Shown here: piece by piece, positions 1 through 9,807 of the stretch | How positions within the stretch are numbered: the stretch's first letter is position 1 | How the letters are laid out: every line of letters starts with the position of its first letter | Virus record (IMG/VR): IMGVR_UViG_3300035183_000460 | Span: 48,563-112,562 of that record | DNA length: 64,000 nt | Direction: 5' to 3' (one strand) | Source: a virus | Made by a program: the position numbers and the translations under genes | Notes under the pieces: generated by a model | What the model was told of the DNA's origin: nothing | Seen by the model: only the letters and a program-made list of their open reading frames with translations | Databases searched by the model: none

Positions 1-130
1 TAGTAAGCGTAATACTTGGGCTGGTAGAAAGCACTCTGAAGAAACTAAAAAGAAAATGTCTATAGCTAGAAAAAACTATTGGAAATATAAAAAAGGAGAT
101 TTAAATCAATCACCAGCAGAACAAGCCTAA
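1..130 (+). CDS. 3' end of a NUMOD3-containing protein, probably a GIY-YIG-type homing endonuclease (partial)
   Basis: Frame 2 reads SKRNTWAGRKHSEETKKKMSIARKNYW...QA*, with TAA at 128-130. GRKHSEETKKKMS is the NUMOD3 motif. Confidence 0.7.
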   Translation, partial: SKRNTWAGRKHSEETKKKMSIARKNYWKYKKGDLNQSPAEQA

Positions 131-473
131 TAATTTGTAATTATCATCACTTACGATACTATTGGTTGATTTGTCTACTATAGTATAGATTAATATATAG
201 ATATATAAGTATAATTTTGAATATTATCTTAATTGTATATTAATTTGAGACATATATAAGTATATTTGTTGATCTTAAATAATAAATGAAGCAGTCAATA
301 TTTGTTATTGTTAATAAACAAATCGTAACAATTATAAGATAAAGGTAGTATGTATAGTGCTAATTTACTGGTAATAAAATGGAATGTATGTATACTAAAA
401 TTATAAATAAAGTTAATATTATTATCAATATTACTTTATCTAATATAGGGTATTTTCCATTTATGGAGATGTA

Positions 474-944
474 ATGTCAAAATTTTCTGTTGATTATAAA
501 TCAGTTGAGGACAAATTATATAAAAAAGTTTATAGGTTATCAGAAGTTAATGATAAAATAGAAAAGGTGGCTTTTGATATAGTTAGATTTCGTGATGATG
601 ATAATGCTAGTAAGCTCTGGCAAATTCATAGTGCTGATGATGGCGATTATATAGTTGCATTATATGATACAGAAGAGGATGTCGTTAAAACTGCAAGCGA
701 AAAATCTAAATGGTCTGTAAGTATTAATAAAATATCAAAGGATTTAAATGTTTATTATAATGGAGATCCTATTGTTAGGCTATCTTCAGATTCTTTAGGT
801 ATTCCAGAATCAGAAATTCATTTAACAGCGCGTTATTTGCCGTCTAGATTATCAGAAAATAAGAAGTTAGTACGTGCTTTATTAAATAATTTGGATGAAT
901 TAACTAAAAAAGATGTATTAAGTAAATACCCAGAGTTGTTTTAA
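474..944 (+). CDS. Hypothetical phage protein
   Basis: 156-aa ORF with GGAG upstream. VVKTAS motif lies between two apparent domains. Confidence 0.75.
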   Translation: MSKFSVDYKSVEDKLYKKVYRLSEVNDKIEKVAFDIVRFRDDDNASKLWQIHSADDGDYIVALYDTEEDVVKTASEKSKWSVSINKISKDLNVYYNGDPIVRLSSDSLGIPESEIHLTARYLPSRLSENKKLVRALLNNLDELTKKDVLSKYPELF

Positions 945-964
945 GTTTTTGAAATAGGTGTGCA

Positions 965-2581
965 ATGGACATTGATAAAATCAATAAATTAACTGTTTCG
1001 CTGTCAAAGACAATCGAAGATAATCAAAAATTGGCTTTACCTATTCTTTCAGCAAAGTTAAATAAATTAGCAAAATCATATCCCAACGATCAAACAATTT
1101 TAGCAATATCTAATATTGTTGATAAATTATCAGATAAACAGTTTTTTATTACAAGAGCAGAATTAAAAAAGTTATACAATACACTTTATTCTAGAAATAC
1201 AAAATTTGCAGAATTTTTTGTTGATGAATTAGGTAAAATAGATAACGCACCTGCATCACCTACATTATATAAACGTGATTCTAGCTCTAATAATGAGCTA
1301 AATATATCTAAATTTGGAGATGCTGTTTTAGCATCTGCATTAGAAAGTGTTTTTGATAAAACTATACCACTTAAAAATTATTCTAAAGATGCAGCTACAA
1401 AGGCAATAAAATCTGTTACATCTATTTTAGATTCTTGGAATTTAAAAGCCGCACATATTGATGTTGCGAATGGAAATGAAAAATTTTTAGTTGTTAGAGC
1501 AGAATATCATACACCTAAAGGTTCTACCAGCTTTTATATACCAGTAGAGGTTAACAATAATGATATATCTGAACCAGATATATTCATGGGTAATACTGGA
1601 CCTAAAACGTTAAATTATACAAATATTAAAGAATATTTAACGCAATTTGCTGGAGATAAGTTAAAGATCAAAGCTGATGAAATGTTAGATGTGTTAGTCT
1701 CTGTTGCATCTAGTAATAGAAAGATTTCGGATGCTGAAATAGCACTTATTAAATTAAATGCTAATAAAAAATCTAGTTTGGGAGAATTTGGTAATCAAAT
1801 AATTGGACAACGTGTAGAAGAAAAACCTGTCTCTGATATTAAAACTGATAGATCTGAAGAATCATTCTGTTTTGAGAAAAAATTTAATTCTCCGTTTGGT
1901 ATTGCATCTATTAATTTTGGACAAGATAAAGTTAAATTAGGCAGTGATTTGGTATCAAGACATTTGAAATCATTTGGTTACGATAATCATCGTATTACTG
2001 TAAATAGTTCTGACTCTAATACTATTTTTTATGGTGTATCACTAGATTGTGGAAGAGTTGCATTTACCGTTCCGGTTAAAGTTGCCTCTAATAAGGTTTT
2101 TGAACCAACTGTATTATTGTGTGAAGGTTCAATTTCTCCATTTTCATCTAAAACAATTAATAAGTTATATATGGAAAATATTACTGATTCTAGGATTGCA
2201 GCAACCGCTTCTGCACAATATGGTCTAAAACCAAGTGAACTTATTGATAATATAAGAAATGCTGTTAAAAATAATAATTTTGCTAGCGCAGAGGATTCTT
2301 TAAATGTGTTGAGAAATTATGGAGACGAAAAAGCTTATGCTATTGGATTTAAAATTTATTCAAGTGCATTAGCTGGCAATATTCCATCTGGACCAGAAGA
2401 ATCAGGATGTTCGCATACAATTAAATCTTCTAACAATCAGGTTCCAGTTTGTGTACATACTGGATTACCAATAAATAAAGTGTATCAAGATAAGTATGGA
2501 AATTGTCGTCCACTTTATCGTAAAGGTATGGATGAATCTTACGAAGGCGCTTACTTTATGAATCATAAGATTTTTGGATAA
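965..2581 (+). CDS. Hypothetical head-module protein with an internal duplication and a C-terminal Cys/His cluster
   Basis: 538 aa with AGGTG upstream. SFYIPVEV and AFTVPVKV are related segments. C-x-x...C-x-H...C near the C-terminus. Confidence 0.7.
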   Translation: MDIDKINKLTVSLSKTIEDNQKLALPILSAKLNKLAKSYPNDQTILAISNIVDKLSDKQFFITRAELKKLYNTLYSRNTKFAEFFVDELGKIDNAPASPTLYKRDSSSNNELNISKFGDAVLASALESVFDKTIPLKNYSKDAATKAIKSVTSILDSWNLKAAHIDVANGNEKFLVVRAEYHTPKGSTSFYIPVEVNNNDISEPDIFMGNTGPKTLNYTNIKEYLTQFAGDKLKIKADEMLDVLVSVASSNRKISDAEIALIKLNANKKSSLGEFGNQIIGQRVEEKPVSDIKTDRSEESFCFEKKFNSPFGIASINFGQDKVKLGSDLVSRHLKSFGYDNHRITVNSSDSNTIFYGVSLDCGRVAFTVPVKVASNKVFEPTVLLCEGSISPFSSKTINKLYMENITDSRIAATASAQYGLKPSELIDNIRNAVKNNNFASAEDSLNVLRNYGDEKAYAIGFKIYSSALAGNIPSGPEESGCSHTIKSSNNQVPVCVHTGLPINKVYQDKYGNCRPLYRKGMDESYEGAYFMNHKIFG

Positions 2582-2584
2582 AAT

Positions 2585-3370
2585 ATGAAAACAGTTGTAT
2601 TAGGAAGATTTTTTGAAAACAAATATTTTAGATCAAACGCATCTTCTATAAGAGAAGTTATTTATGATATTAAAAAAGATCTAATTAATGCATATAAAAA
2701 TTATGTATCTGGCAGCTCAGCAAAAGAACCTATATTACAAATGTTAGCAGATGCTGGTGAGCCATTTAGTGTTTCATTTATTCATGAAATGGATAAAATG
2801 ATTGCCAATATTGATACATTGGCAGAAACTCCATATTTATTATTTAGACATTTAAATAAAATGTTGGAAATGATTACACAAGTTAAAGAGGATAATTCTG
2901 TAAGAGAATTTATACATAATGCAGTTCGTGTTACTAAACAATCAGAAAAGAATTATAGAGAACATGTAAAATCTAAATTTGAGATGGTTTTAAGTAGGCT
3001 ATCTTCTATATTAGAAAATAAAGCTAAAATTTTAAGATCTTTTTTGTCAGAATCGGAGTCATTAAAGGGAGGTAGAACTTTACCAAAAAGAAAAGAATTA
3101 AGTCGTGATAAATTATTAATGTTTTCGTACACTCCTGCTGCAGAAAAATATGGACTAGATTCATTAGATGTTTTATCTAAATTATTAGAATATCCAGAAA
3201 CTAAAGAAGCTTTGACAACTCTAATTAATGCTATAGATAGAGGACACATTCCACGTGATGGAGCTAAAATTATGGAAGAAACGAAAGCTATTAGAGAAAT
3301 GTTTGATACAATTAGTTCTAATAATGAAGATTTTTTGAAAAATCGTAATTTTACTATAAAAAACAACTAA
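2585..3370 (+). CDS. Hypothetical alpha-helical protein
   Basis: 261-aa ORF contiguous with the upstream gene. Confidence 0.7.
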   Translation: MKTVVLGRFFENKYFRSNASSIREVIYDIKKDLINAYKNYVSGSSAKEPILQMLADAGEPFSVSFIHEMDKMIANIDTLAETPYLLFRHLNKMLEMITQVKEDNSVREFIHNAVRVTKQSEKNYREHVKSKFEMVLSRLSSILENKAKILRSFLSESESLKGGRTLPKRKELSRDKLLMFSYTPAAEKYGLDSLDVLSKLLEYPETKEALTTLINAIDRGHIPRDGAKIMEETKAIREMFDTISSNNEDFLKNRNFTIKNN

Positions 3371-3501
3371 ATAAATTATAACAAGATATTAAAGATGTTT
3401 TTAAAAATATATGAAGAGGTAAACAATAATATATTGTAATATTTGTATGCAGTTAATTATATAAAATTATATAATATATAAGTATTACTAAAGAGGTATT
3501 T

Positions 3502-4215
3502 ATGAGGATTTCTGAAATGTTATATACAATTGCTTCTTGGTTAGAAAGTCCAAATAATGAAGCTATATTACTTTCTGAATATGATGATGATTGTTTAAAA
3601 ATTGTTGCCTCTTCTTGTGTTGAAGCTGCAGCTTGCTTACGTAAAGCAGCTTTAGAAGTAGATAATATAGAGCCAGTTGAATCAACTAATTTAACTCCTG
3701 AATCATTAGATAGATTGGCTGATATAGCTACTGCTTTTGATGAATCTGGAGATCCAGAATTACAGAAGCAAGCATCTGCAATTGATGAATTATTATTTAC
3801 AATTGCTTCACCTCCTAACTTAATGGAAAATAAAAAAAGAGCAGAAGATAATCGTTTAGAAGAATTGAAAAAAAAATATCATGATTCAGTAGAAGAATTA
3901 AAAAAAATTAATGATATAAATGAGTCTGAAAAAAAAATTAAAGAGAGCGGATTAACTAAAGATTATAATATTTTAGAAGCTCCTTTGAGTTCACGTTGTT
4001 GTCCAGATCATCCAGGCGTTCAAATGGCTAGGGTTGGTGATGATATGTGGCAATGTTCTTTAGATAAGAAGATATATAATTATAGTACAGGTTATACATT
4101 ACAAAATGGATCAAAGGTTCCTGGTGGAAGTGTAGCAAATCAAACACAAACTTTGCAAAATTATCATGCAATTTTTGATACTAGAGAATCTCGTTTAGGT
4201 GGATTTAAACCTTAA
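3502..4215 (+). CDS. Hypothetical protein with a C-terminal Zn-ribbon-like motif
   Basis: GAGG RBS. RCCPDHPG...WQCSLD motif, plus the helical module LADIATAFDESG...QASAIDELL. Confidence 0.7.
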   Translation: MRISEMLYTIASWLESPNNEAILLSEYDDDCLKIVASSCVEAAACLRKAALEVDNIEPVESTNLTPESLDRLADIATAFDESGDPELQKQASAIDELLFTIASPPNLMENKKRAEDNRLEELKKKYHDSVEELKKINDINESEKKIKESGLTKDYNILEAPLSSRCCPDHPGVQMARVGDDMWQCSLDKKIYNYSTGYTLQNGSKVPGGSVANQTQTLQNYHAIFDTRESRLGGFKP

Positions 4216-4244
4216 TTTTAAATGTTTAGTAAAAATGAACCTTA

Positions 4245-5003
4245 ATGAACAAAACATCTTTAGAAAAAATATTACAACATCCAGATAAAGATGAAATTAT
4301 TTCTAAACTTATTATCGGCATTTCGCCTAAAACTATTACCGAATGGCTTAAAGGAAAGTATACAAATGTCGATGAGTCAAAATTTGTTATTTCAGAAAAA
4401 ACAATAAAATCTTTTAAAGATAATTATTTAGATATTTATAAAATATTAAAAGAAGATTTTGACAAAACTAAAAATGCATTAGCTACTAATGCAGAAGATC
4501 AGTTAATGCTTTCTGTTCAAAATAATCCAACTTATAAAAATAAAATGATTGAGTTGGCAAGCCAAGAAATAGATATTAAAAAAATGTTGGCTAATATGAT
4601 TATTGCTATAGAAACAAGGGCTGCGCAAATATTTGATTCTATTCAAGAAGATCCAAGAAATATAAATTCTAGAAATGATAGAGTATTGCGAGAATGGTTT
4701 GATACTTTGGGAGCTAATTTAGAAAGATTTCATAAATTAGTAAATGGTGCACCTGATCAAATTATTCAACATAATATTACATTACAAGCAGTAGATCAGC
4801 ATATTTCTGTATTTCATGATGTTATTAGAGACGTTTTATCTAAAATGGATTTAGAAAGTTCAATGTATTTTATGGAATTATTTAATGAAAGAATGTCTAA
4901 ACTCAAGCAACCTGATACAAATAACATGTCTACTGAAGAACGATTAGTTGAAGCAAAAATATTAAATGAAACAATTACTAAAAAAATAAATGAAACAGGA
5001 TAA
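4245..5003 (+). CDS. Putative terminase small subunit (N-terminal HTH plus coiled coil)
   Basis: N-terminus KILQHPDKDEIISKLIIGISPKTITEWLK is HTH-like and is followed by oligomerisation-type helices. Lies upstream of terL. Function is inferred. Confidence 0.4.
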   Translation: MNKTSLEKILQHPDKDEIISKLIIGISPKTITEWLKGKYTNVDESKFVISEKTIKSFKDNYLDIYKILKEDFDKTKNALATNAEDQLMLSVQNNPTYKNKMIELASQEIDIKKMLANMIIAIETRAAQIFDSIQEDPRNINSRNDRVLREWFDTLGANLERFHKLVNGAPDQIIQHNITLQAVDQHISVFHDVIRDVLSKMDLESSMYFMELFNERMSKLKQPDTNNMSTEERLVEAKILNETITKKINETG

Positions 5004-6720
5004 TAAATATTTATTAGATCAACAATATGAAATTGATTTTAATGACCCTTATGTCCAAAAACGGCTTAAGAGTATTAAAAAATTTTTTGATCAATATGAT
5101 ATTGATGTTGATGAAAAATTCGAGATTCCTAACTTAGAACTAAAATCTAAGGCATATCCAAATTTTGAAAGTTATTTTCCCGTTTCATCTCCTAGAAATT
5201 TACAAAAATGGTTAAAAGCGATACAAGATATCTATAATCTAGAAAATTCTGGGATTGGTAGAAATCAAGCATTATTTCGCATAATTGGTAGGTGGGATGA
5301 TATGGAAAAATTAGATTTTATGCACTGGCTTAGATTTTATGAAGAAGGTAATCATTTAAAATATAAAACTGCATCTAATTGGTATGAAGGTATTGCGCCA
5401 GGCTATATTTTGCCACTTGGAAATTCTAATACAGTAACAGATTATCACAAATCACAAGATTCAGAAAACAGTGAATCTCTAGATAAGAGACAAATAATAG
5501 AGAAGCAACGTTCCAAAATTATTGGAAGGTTAGACTCTACTGAAAAATTACTTAGATCACAAGAAGGACAATTATTTGCAGGTAAAGAATTTGAAACATT
5601 ATTAGAGATAATTTATCAATTGAAAAAGAAAATTCAAATGATAAATAAAAAAAGTGCTTCTACAAAGCTATATGAAGATATAATTATTAGAGAAGCTAAT
5701 GTTTTGAAACGTGATGGCTTTGTTAAAGCTGCTGATTTTCTTTATACTATTGCACAAATGCCATCAGATATTAGCACAATTCCTGCTCCGATGCCTCCAG
5801 CATCGCCTACTGATGTATCTGGTTCACCAACTACTGTTCCTGCAGCCGCTATTGGTAATACACCACCGGATAATAATCCGCCTGATATTTTTAATAAAAA
5901 AGATGAACAAATTAATGAAGGAATTAGTGAATTTTTAAGTGGACTTAAAGGTGGAAATATATCTGGTGAGATTGATAAAGCTGATGATGCGCTAGAAATA
6001 AATGATTCAAATGATGAACTAGAAATAAATGATTCAACTGATGAATTAGTTGTTGAAGCTCAAGTGGTCTCTAAAGATCAAGCAACTGTTTCATCGCCAT
6101 CTGCTACAACACAACCAGTAAAAGCAGATGAAAAGACTAATATTAAATTAGAAGATAAGAGTAAAACTTTTGATAATTTAATTGATGCAGCATTTGCTAA
6201 CATTAAAGTAGATGATGTAATTAATAAATTAGATGAGTTGTCTAAAATATTTAAGATTAGAGAGGTTCCTCGTCAACTGGCAATAGTAGATATGATGTTA
6301 GATACTTTAGGTCTATCGTCATTTTTCCCATCTTTAGCAGAGGCAACGAATAAATCATTAGAATCAAATCAATATATTCTTACACGTATAGAAGACGTTT
6401 TATCAAAATTGCGTGGAAGCCTTGAATCAATTCATAAAATTGATATTTCTCCTGAAGATACAGAAAGATCTGATGTGAAAGAATTAAAGAAACAGTTACA
6501 GCAAAACATAGATAAAGAAAAAGCAAGAAAACAAATTAGAAAAGAGCTAGAAGATCAAGCTATTGAACAACAAGTTAAAGAAACGCCAGAAGTAAAAATT
6601 GAAGAGGATTTAGCAGCACCAACTACAATTTCTACACCAGAAGCAGTTCCAACTTCTAAACCAGCAACTTCTGTTCAAACACCTTCTCAAACAACACCTT
6701 CTAAAACACAAACTAAATAA
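4990..6720 (+). CDS. Hypothetical head-module protein with Pro/Thr-rich linkers
   Basis: 576 aa with low-complexity P/T and acidic linkers, and several KxA motifs (KSKAY, YKTAS, KKSAS). Confidence 0.75.
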   Translation: MKQDNKYLLDQQYEIDFNDPYVQKRLKSIKKFFDQYDIDVDEKFEIPNLELKSKAYPNFESYFPVSSPRNLQKWLKAIQDIYNLENSGIGRNQALFRIIGRWDDMEKLDFMHWLRFYEEGNHLKYKTASNWYEGIAPGYILPLGNSNTVTDYHKSQDSENSESLDKRQIIEKQRSKIIGRLDSTEKLLRSQEGQLFAGKEFETLLEIIYQLKKKIQMINKKSASTKLYEDIIIREANVLKRDGFVKAADFLYTIAQMPSDISTIPAPMPPASPTDVSGSPTTVPAAAIGNTPPDNNPPDIFNKKDEQINEGISEFLSGLKGGNISGEIDKADDALEINDSNDELEINDSTDELVVEAQVVSKDQATVSSPSATTQPVKADEKTNIKLEDKSKTFDNLIDAAFANIKVDDVINKLDELSKIFKIREVPRQLAIVDMMLDTLGLSSFFPSLAEATNKSLESNQYILTRIEDVLSKLRGSLESIHKIDISPEDTERSDVKELKKQLQQNIDKEKARKQIRKELEDQAIEQQVKETPEVKIEEDLAAPTTISTPEAVPTSKPATSVQTPSQTTPSKTQTK

Positions 6721-6861
6721 TACATAAGTATGAATAAAATATAATATGTTTATGATTTTAAAGTAGTGTTTTTGTGTTAATTGTAGTTAATAAATATAAG
6801 AATAAACAATATTTTGTAAAATAAAATTAATTAAACAGTAAGTATATGATGGACATATTAA

Positions 6862-7620
6862 ATGAGATTAAAAGATTTATTAAATATAATGCAAAATATT
6901 GCAAAAGAAAAATTAATATCATCACCAATGATATGTGGTGGAACTCCAAGAGATAAATTATTAGGTCGTTTAGATATAGTTTCTGATTTGGATATTACAA
7001 CTGGCGATAAAACTGTTAGTTATTTAGCAAAAGAATTATCTATAATTTTATCAAAAAAATATAATATTATAACTAAAACAATGGATGATGGACATTCATC
7101 TATTTTTATAGGAAATCTAAAACTTGATTTTTCTTCTAATTTTAATATTCCAAATATAGATAAAATATTGTATAATATAGGAATTAAAGATCCAACAAGT
7201 ATGCAGAAAGAATTATATAGTAGAGATTTTACATGTAACGCATTATTAATGTCTTTAGATTTAAAGAATATTTATGATATACTTGGTCGTGGAATAGATG
7301 ATATTAAAAATAAAAAAATATCTACATGTTTGGATCCTTCTATTACCCTTACAGTTAATAAAAATAGAGTTATAAGATCTATTTATCTATCAGCAAAGTT
7401 AGATTTTGATATTGATTTAAATATTGTTAATTGGGTTTCTAAAAATCCAGAATCTATAAGATTTGCTTCGGAAAAATCTATGTCAGAAAAATTAAATAAG
7501 GCTATGGAATATAATCCAGAAAGAACATTATATTGGTTAAATAAAATGAATGTGTGGAATTATATTCCTATTACTGAATCTTTATACCCATATTATATTA
7601 AACATGTTAAAGGTAAATAA
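6862..7620 (+). CDS. Class II nucleotidyltransferase (tRNA CCA-adding / poly(A) polymerase head-domain homologue), divergent
   Basis: [12 protein letters not shown]...DLDITT (GG..RD and catalytic DxD), SRDFTCNAL (RRDFTxNA motif) and [15 protein letters not shown]. Confidence 0.85.
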   Translation: MRLKDLLNIMQNIAKEKLISSPMICGGTPRDKLLGRLDIVSDLDITTGDKTVSYLAKELSIILSKKYNIITKTMDDGHSSIFIGNLKLDFSSNFNIPNIDKILYNIGIKDPTSMQKELYSRDFTCNALLMSLDLKNIYDILGRGIDDIKNKKISTCLDPSITLTVNKNRVIRSIYLSAKLDFDIDLNIVNWVSKNPESIRFASEKSMSEKLNKAMEYNPERTLYWLNKMNVWNYIPITESLYPYYIKHVKGK

Positions 7621-8132
7621 TGTCAAACGGTAATGATTTAGGTCATATAAATTCTAGAAAATTATTCTTTAAGAATTATGATTTATATGATACTGATGGA
7701 ACTGATAATTCTGACAAGAATGGTCCAGGTACTGGATTGTATCAAAATATGATTAAATATAAAAGTGTTTATGATTTTTTAAAACAAAAAAGAAAAAAAA
7801 GAATGAAAAATAGAAAAAATGCATTATTAAAGTTTTTGTGTGCATCGTATGATATCAATAGTATTGATTTTCCTTTGGATGAAAGTTCTAATACAATTAT
7901 GTATGACAATACAGAATTATCAAATATTGGTTTACTTGATGGTATTAATCCAGAACAAATTGATGATGAATGGCATACTGTTGGAAAGTTATATTATGGT
8001 ACTAAAGATTCTCCTACTACAATTTTATATAATCCTTTAGGAATTCAAGATGGTAATAAAAGAGCCATTGATGAAGAGCCAGAAGAAATTAAGAATATTT
8101 ATTATGGCATAAATAGAATGGGGCACCCCTAA
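7620..8132 (+). CDS. Hypothetical protein
   Basis: 170-aa ORF, translationally coupled to the upstream gene (TAATG overlap). Confidence 0.65.
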   Translation: MSNGNDLGHINSRKLFFKNYDLYDTDGTDNSDKNGPGTGLYQNMIKYKSVYDFLKQKRKKRMKNRKNALLKFLCASYDINSIDFPLDESSNTIMYDNTELSNIGLLDGINPEQIDDEWHTVGKLYYGTKDSPTTILYNPLGIQDGNKRAIDEEPEEIKNIYYGINRMGHP

Positions 8133-8188
8133 TATTTTATCATTATTAATGTATATATATAATAAAATGGTATAATTTTGAGGTATTT

Positions 8189-9169
8189 ATGTCTTTGCAA
8201 ACAACAGCACAAGAGCTAGAAGTAGTAGAAGAGACGCCATCTGAATATGTAGTTTTACAGCCTGTATCTACTCAAATACAACCATCTATGATAACTGTAC
8301 ATACAACGGCTGAACCAACAACGTCTAAACCAACAATATCTGAAGAATATGTTGAAAGTGTAAAGCCTGTTGAGTGTTTAGAACTTGTTGAATGTGTAGA
8401 ACCTACAGATGAAATTGTTGTTGAAGATTTGGGAGAAATACCTGGATTAAATGGTAAATTGGATCCGGTTAAAGAAAAAGTTCTTGAAGTATCAGAATCT
8501 GATTCTAATGAAGAAGATAAGTTAGATGTTAATGATAATACCAAATCTAAAAAAGATGATCGTTGGGATTGGGAGTCTAAAGGTCCAGTAGGATTTGTAG
8601 CTTGGGTATATGATAGATTTGCATCTGTACCAAAACATTCTGGATATGATTCTGCTGGAATAGAACGAGCAATTGCATTTTTAGAAAAATTAGATAATGA
8701 AATTTCTAGGGCTATGCGATTGGACCTAGATGGTGAATTAGATTTTAATCAAATAGAAGATATTCGTTCCAAAATAGAAGATGGAATTGAAAGACTATAT
8801 AATAGATTAGATAAAATTAAAAGCAAATCAAAAAAGAAACGTAAAAAAGCTGATGAATCGTATGAGCTAATCAAAGAAGCTCAAAAAATTCCTGGTGTTT
8901 CTGGAATATATGTAACTGTTCCTTTATTAATTTCTAGAATTGCTAGAGTTTGTATAAATGGTATGGTATCTGCAGGGCATGATATTGAAGATCTGTTTAA
9001 TCGACAAGTTAAAAAATATAAACTTAATGATCGTGAAAAAGCAGAAACAATGCAATTATTATCAGATATGGGGTATCCATTAAGACAAGATCGTGGATTT
9101 TTGTTAGATGAAGATGTAGATACTCGTTCTTCTGATAATTTTGATTGGAATGCAAACTATAAGGGATAA
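8189..9169 (+). CDS. Hypothetical head-module protein with an acidic N-terminus
   Basis: GAGG RBS, 326 aa. TTAQ, KKAD and KEAQ motifs. Confidence 0.75.
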   Translation: MSLQTTAQELEVVEETPSEYVVLQPVSTQIQPSMITVHTTAEPTTSKPTISEEYVESVKPVECLELVECVEPTDEIVVEDLGEIPGLNGKLDPVKEKVLEVSESDSNEEDKLDVNDNTKSKKDDRWDWESKGPVGFVAWVYDRFASVPKHSGYDSAGIERAIAFLEKLDNEISRAMRLDLDGELDFNQIEDIRSKIEDGIERLYNRLDKIKSKSKKKRKKADESYELIKEAQKIPGVSGIYVTVPLLISRIARVCINGMVSAGHDIEDLFNRQVKKYKLNDREKAETMQLLSDMGYPLRQDRGFLLDEDVDTRSSDNFDWNANYKG

Positions 9170-9170
9170 T

Positions 9171-9779
9171 ATGTCAAGAAATAGATATCAAAATATAATT
9201 TCTAGAGAATCTGATGCTTCAATTGTTGATGACTATTGGTTTAAACAATATCAAAAAATGTTAGATAAAAATGCCGTACAACCATTATCTAAGACAAAAT
9301 CTATTTATGATCAAATATCTGCAATCATAAATAAAAAATCTAAATTTCCTTCAGTAGAAGCTGCAGTTAAAGATATGCAAGAACGAAGTGGAATTATTGC
9401 TTATTGGGAAAAATTATCTAAAAAATCAAATGTTAATTTAAAAAAAGCTGATGTAGAGACTACAGAACCTGAAATATTAAAAAAATTTCCTAATATTAAA
9501 AAAACTTTAGAAAATTATATTCGTGATACTAAAGGTAATTTAGATTTGCCTGCTATAATAGAGAAAGTTAAAACCATACATAAACTTGATGGTCCACAAT
9601 CCAAAGATTGGGAAGATGAGAATTTCATTAGGTTTGTATATAAAATGAATTTTGATGAGAAATCAAAATATGATCAAAATTCTTCTGATTTTGCAAATTT
9701 AGGAAAATTAGATCGCGATAATGATATTGATCCTGCAAATACTGATGCATTTTTTGGATTGATGCCATATAAAATATAA
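9171..9779 (+). CDS. Hypothetical protein
   Basis: ATG 9171 (MSRNRY), with AAGGGA upstream, is preferred over the TTG start at 9141. Confidence 0.7.
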   Translation: MSRNRYQNIISRESDASIVDDYWFKQYQKMLDKNAVQPLSKTKSIYDQISAIINKKSKFPSVEAAVKDMQERSGIIAYWEKLSKKSNVNLKKADVETTEPEILKKFPNIKKTLENYIRDTKGNLDLPAIIEKVKTIHKLDGPQSKDWEDENFIRFVYKMNFDEKSKYDQNSSDFANLGKLDRDNDIDPANTDAFFGLMPYKI

Positions 9780-9807
9780 TATATGTCAATATATTGTAAT
9801 AGTTTAT

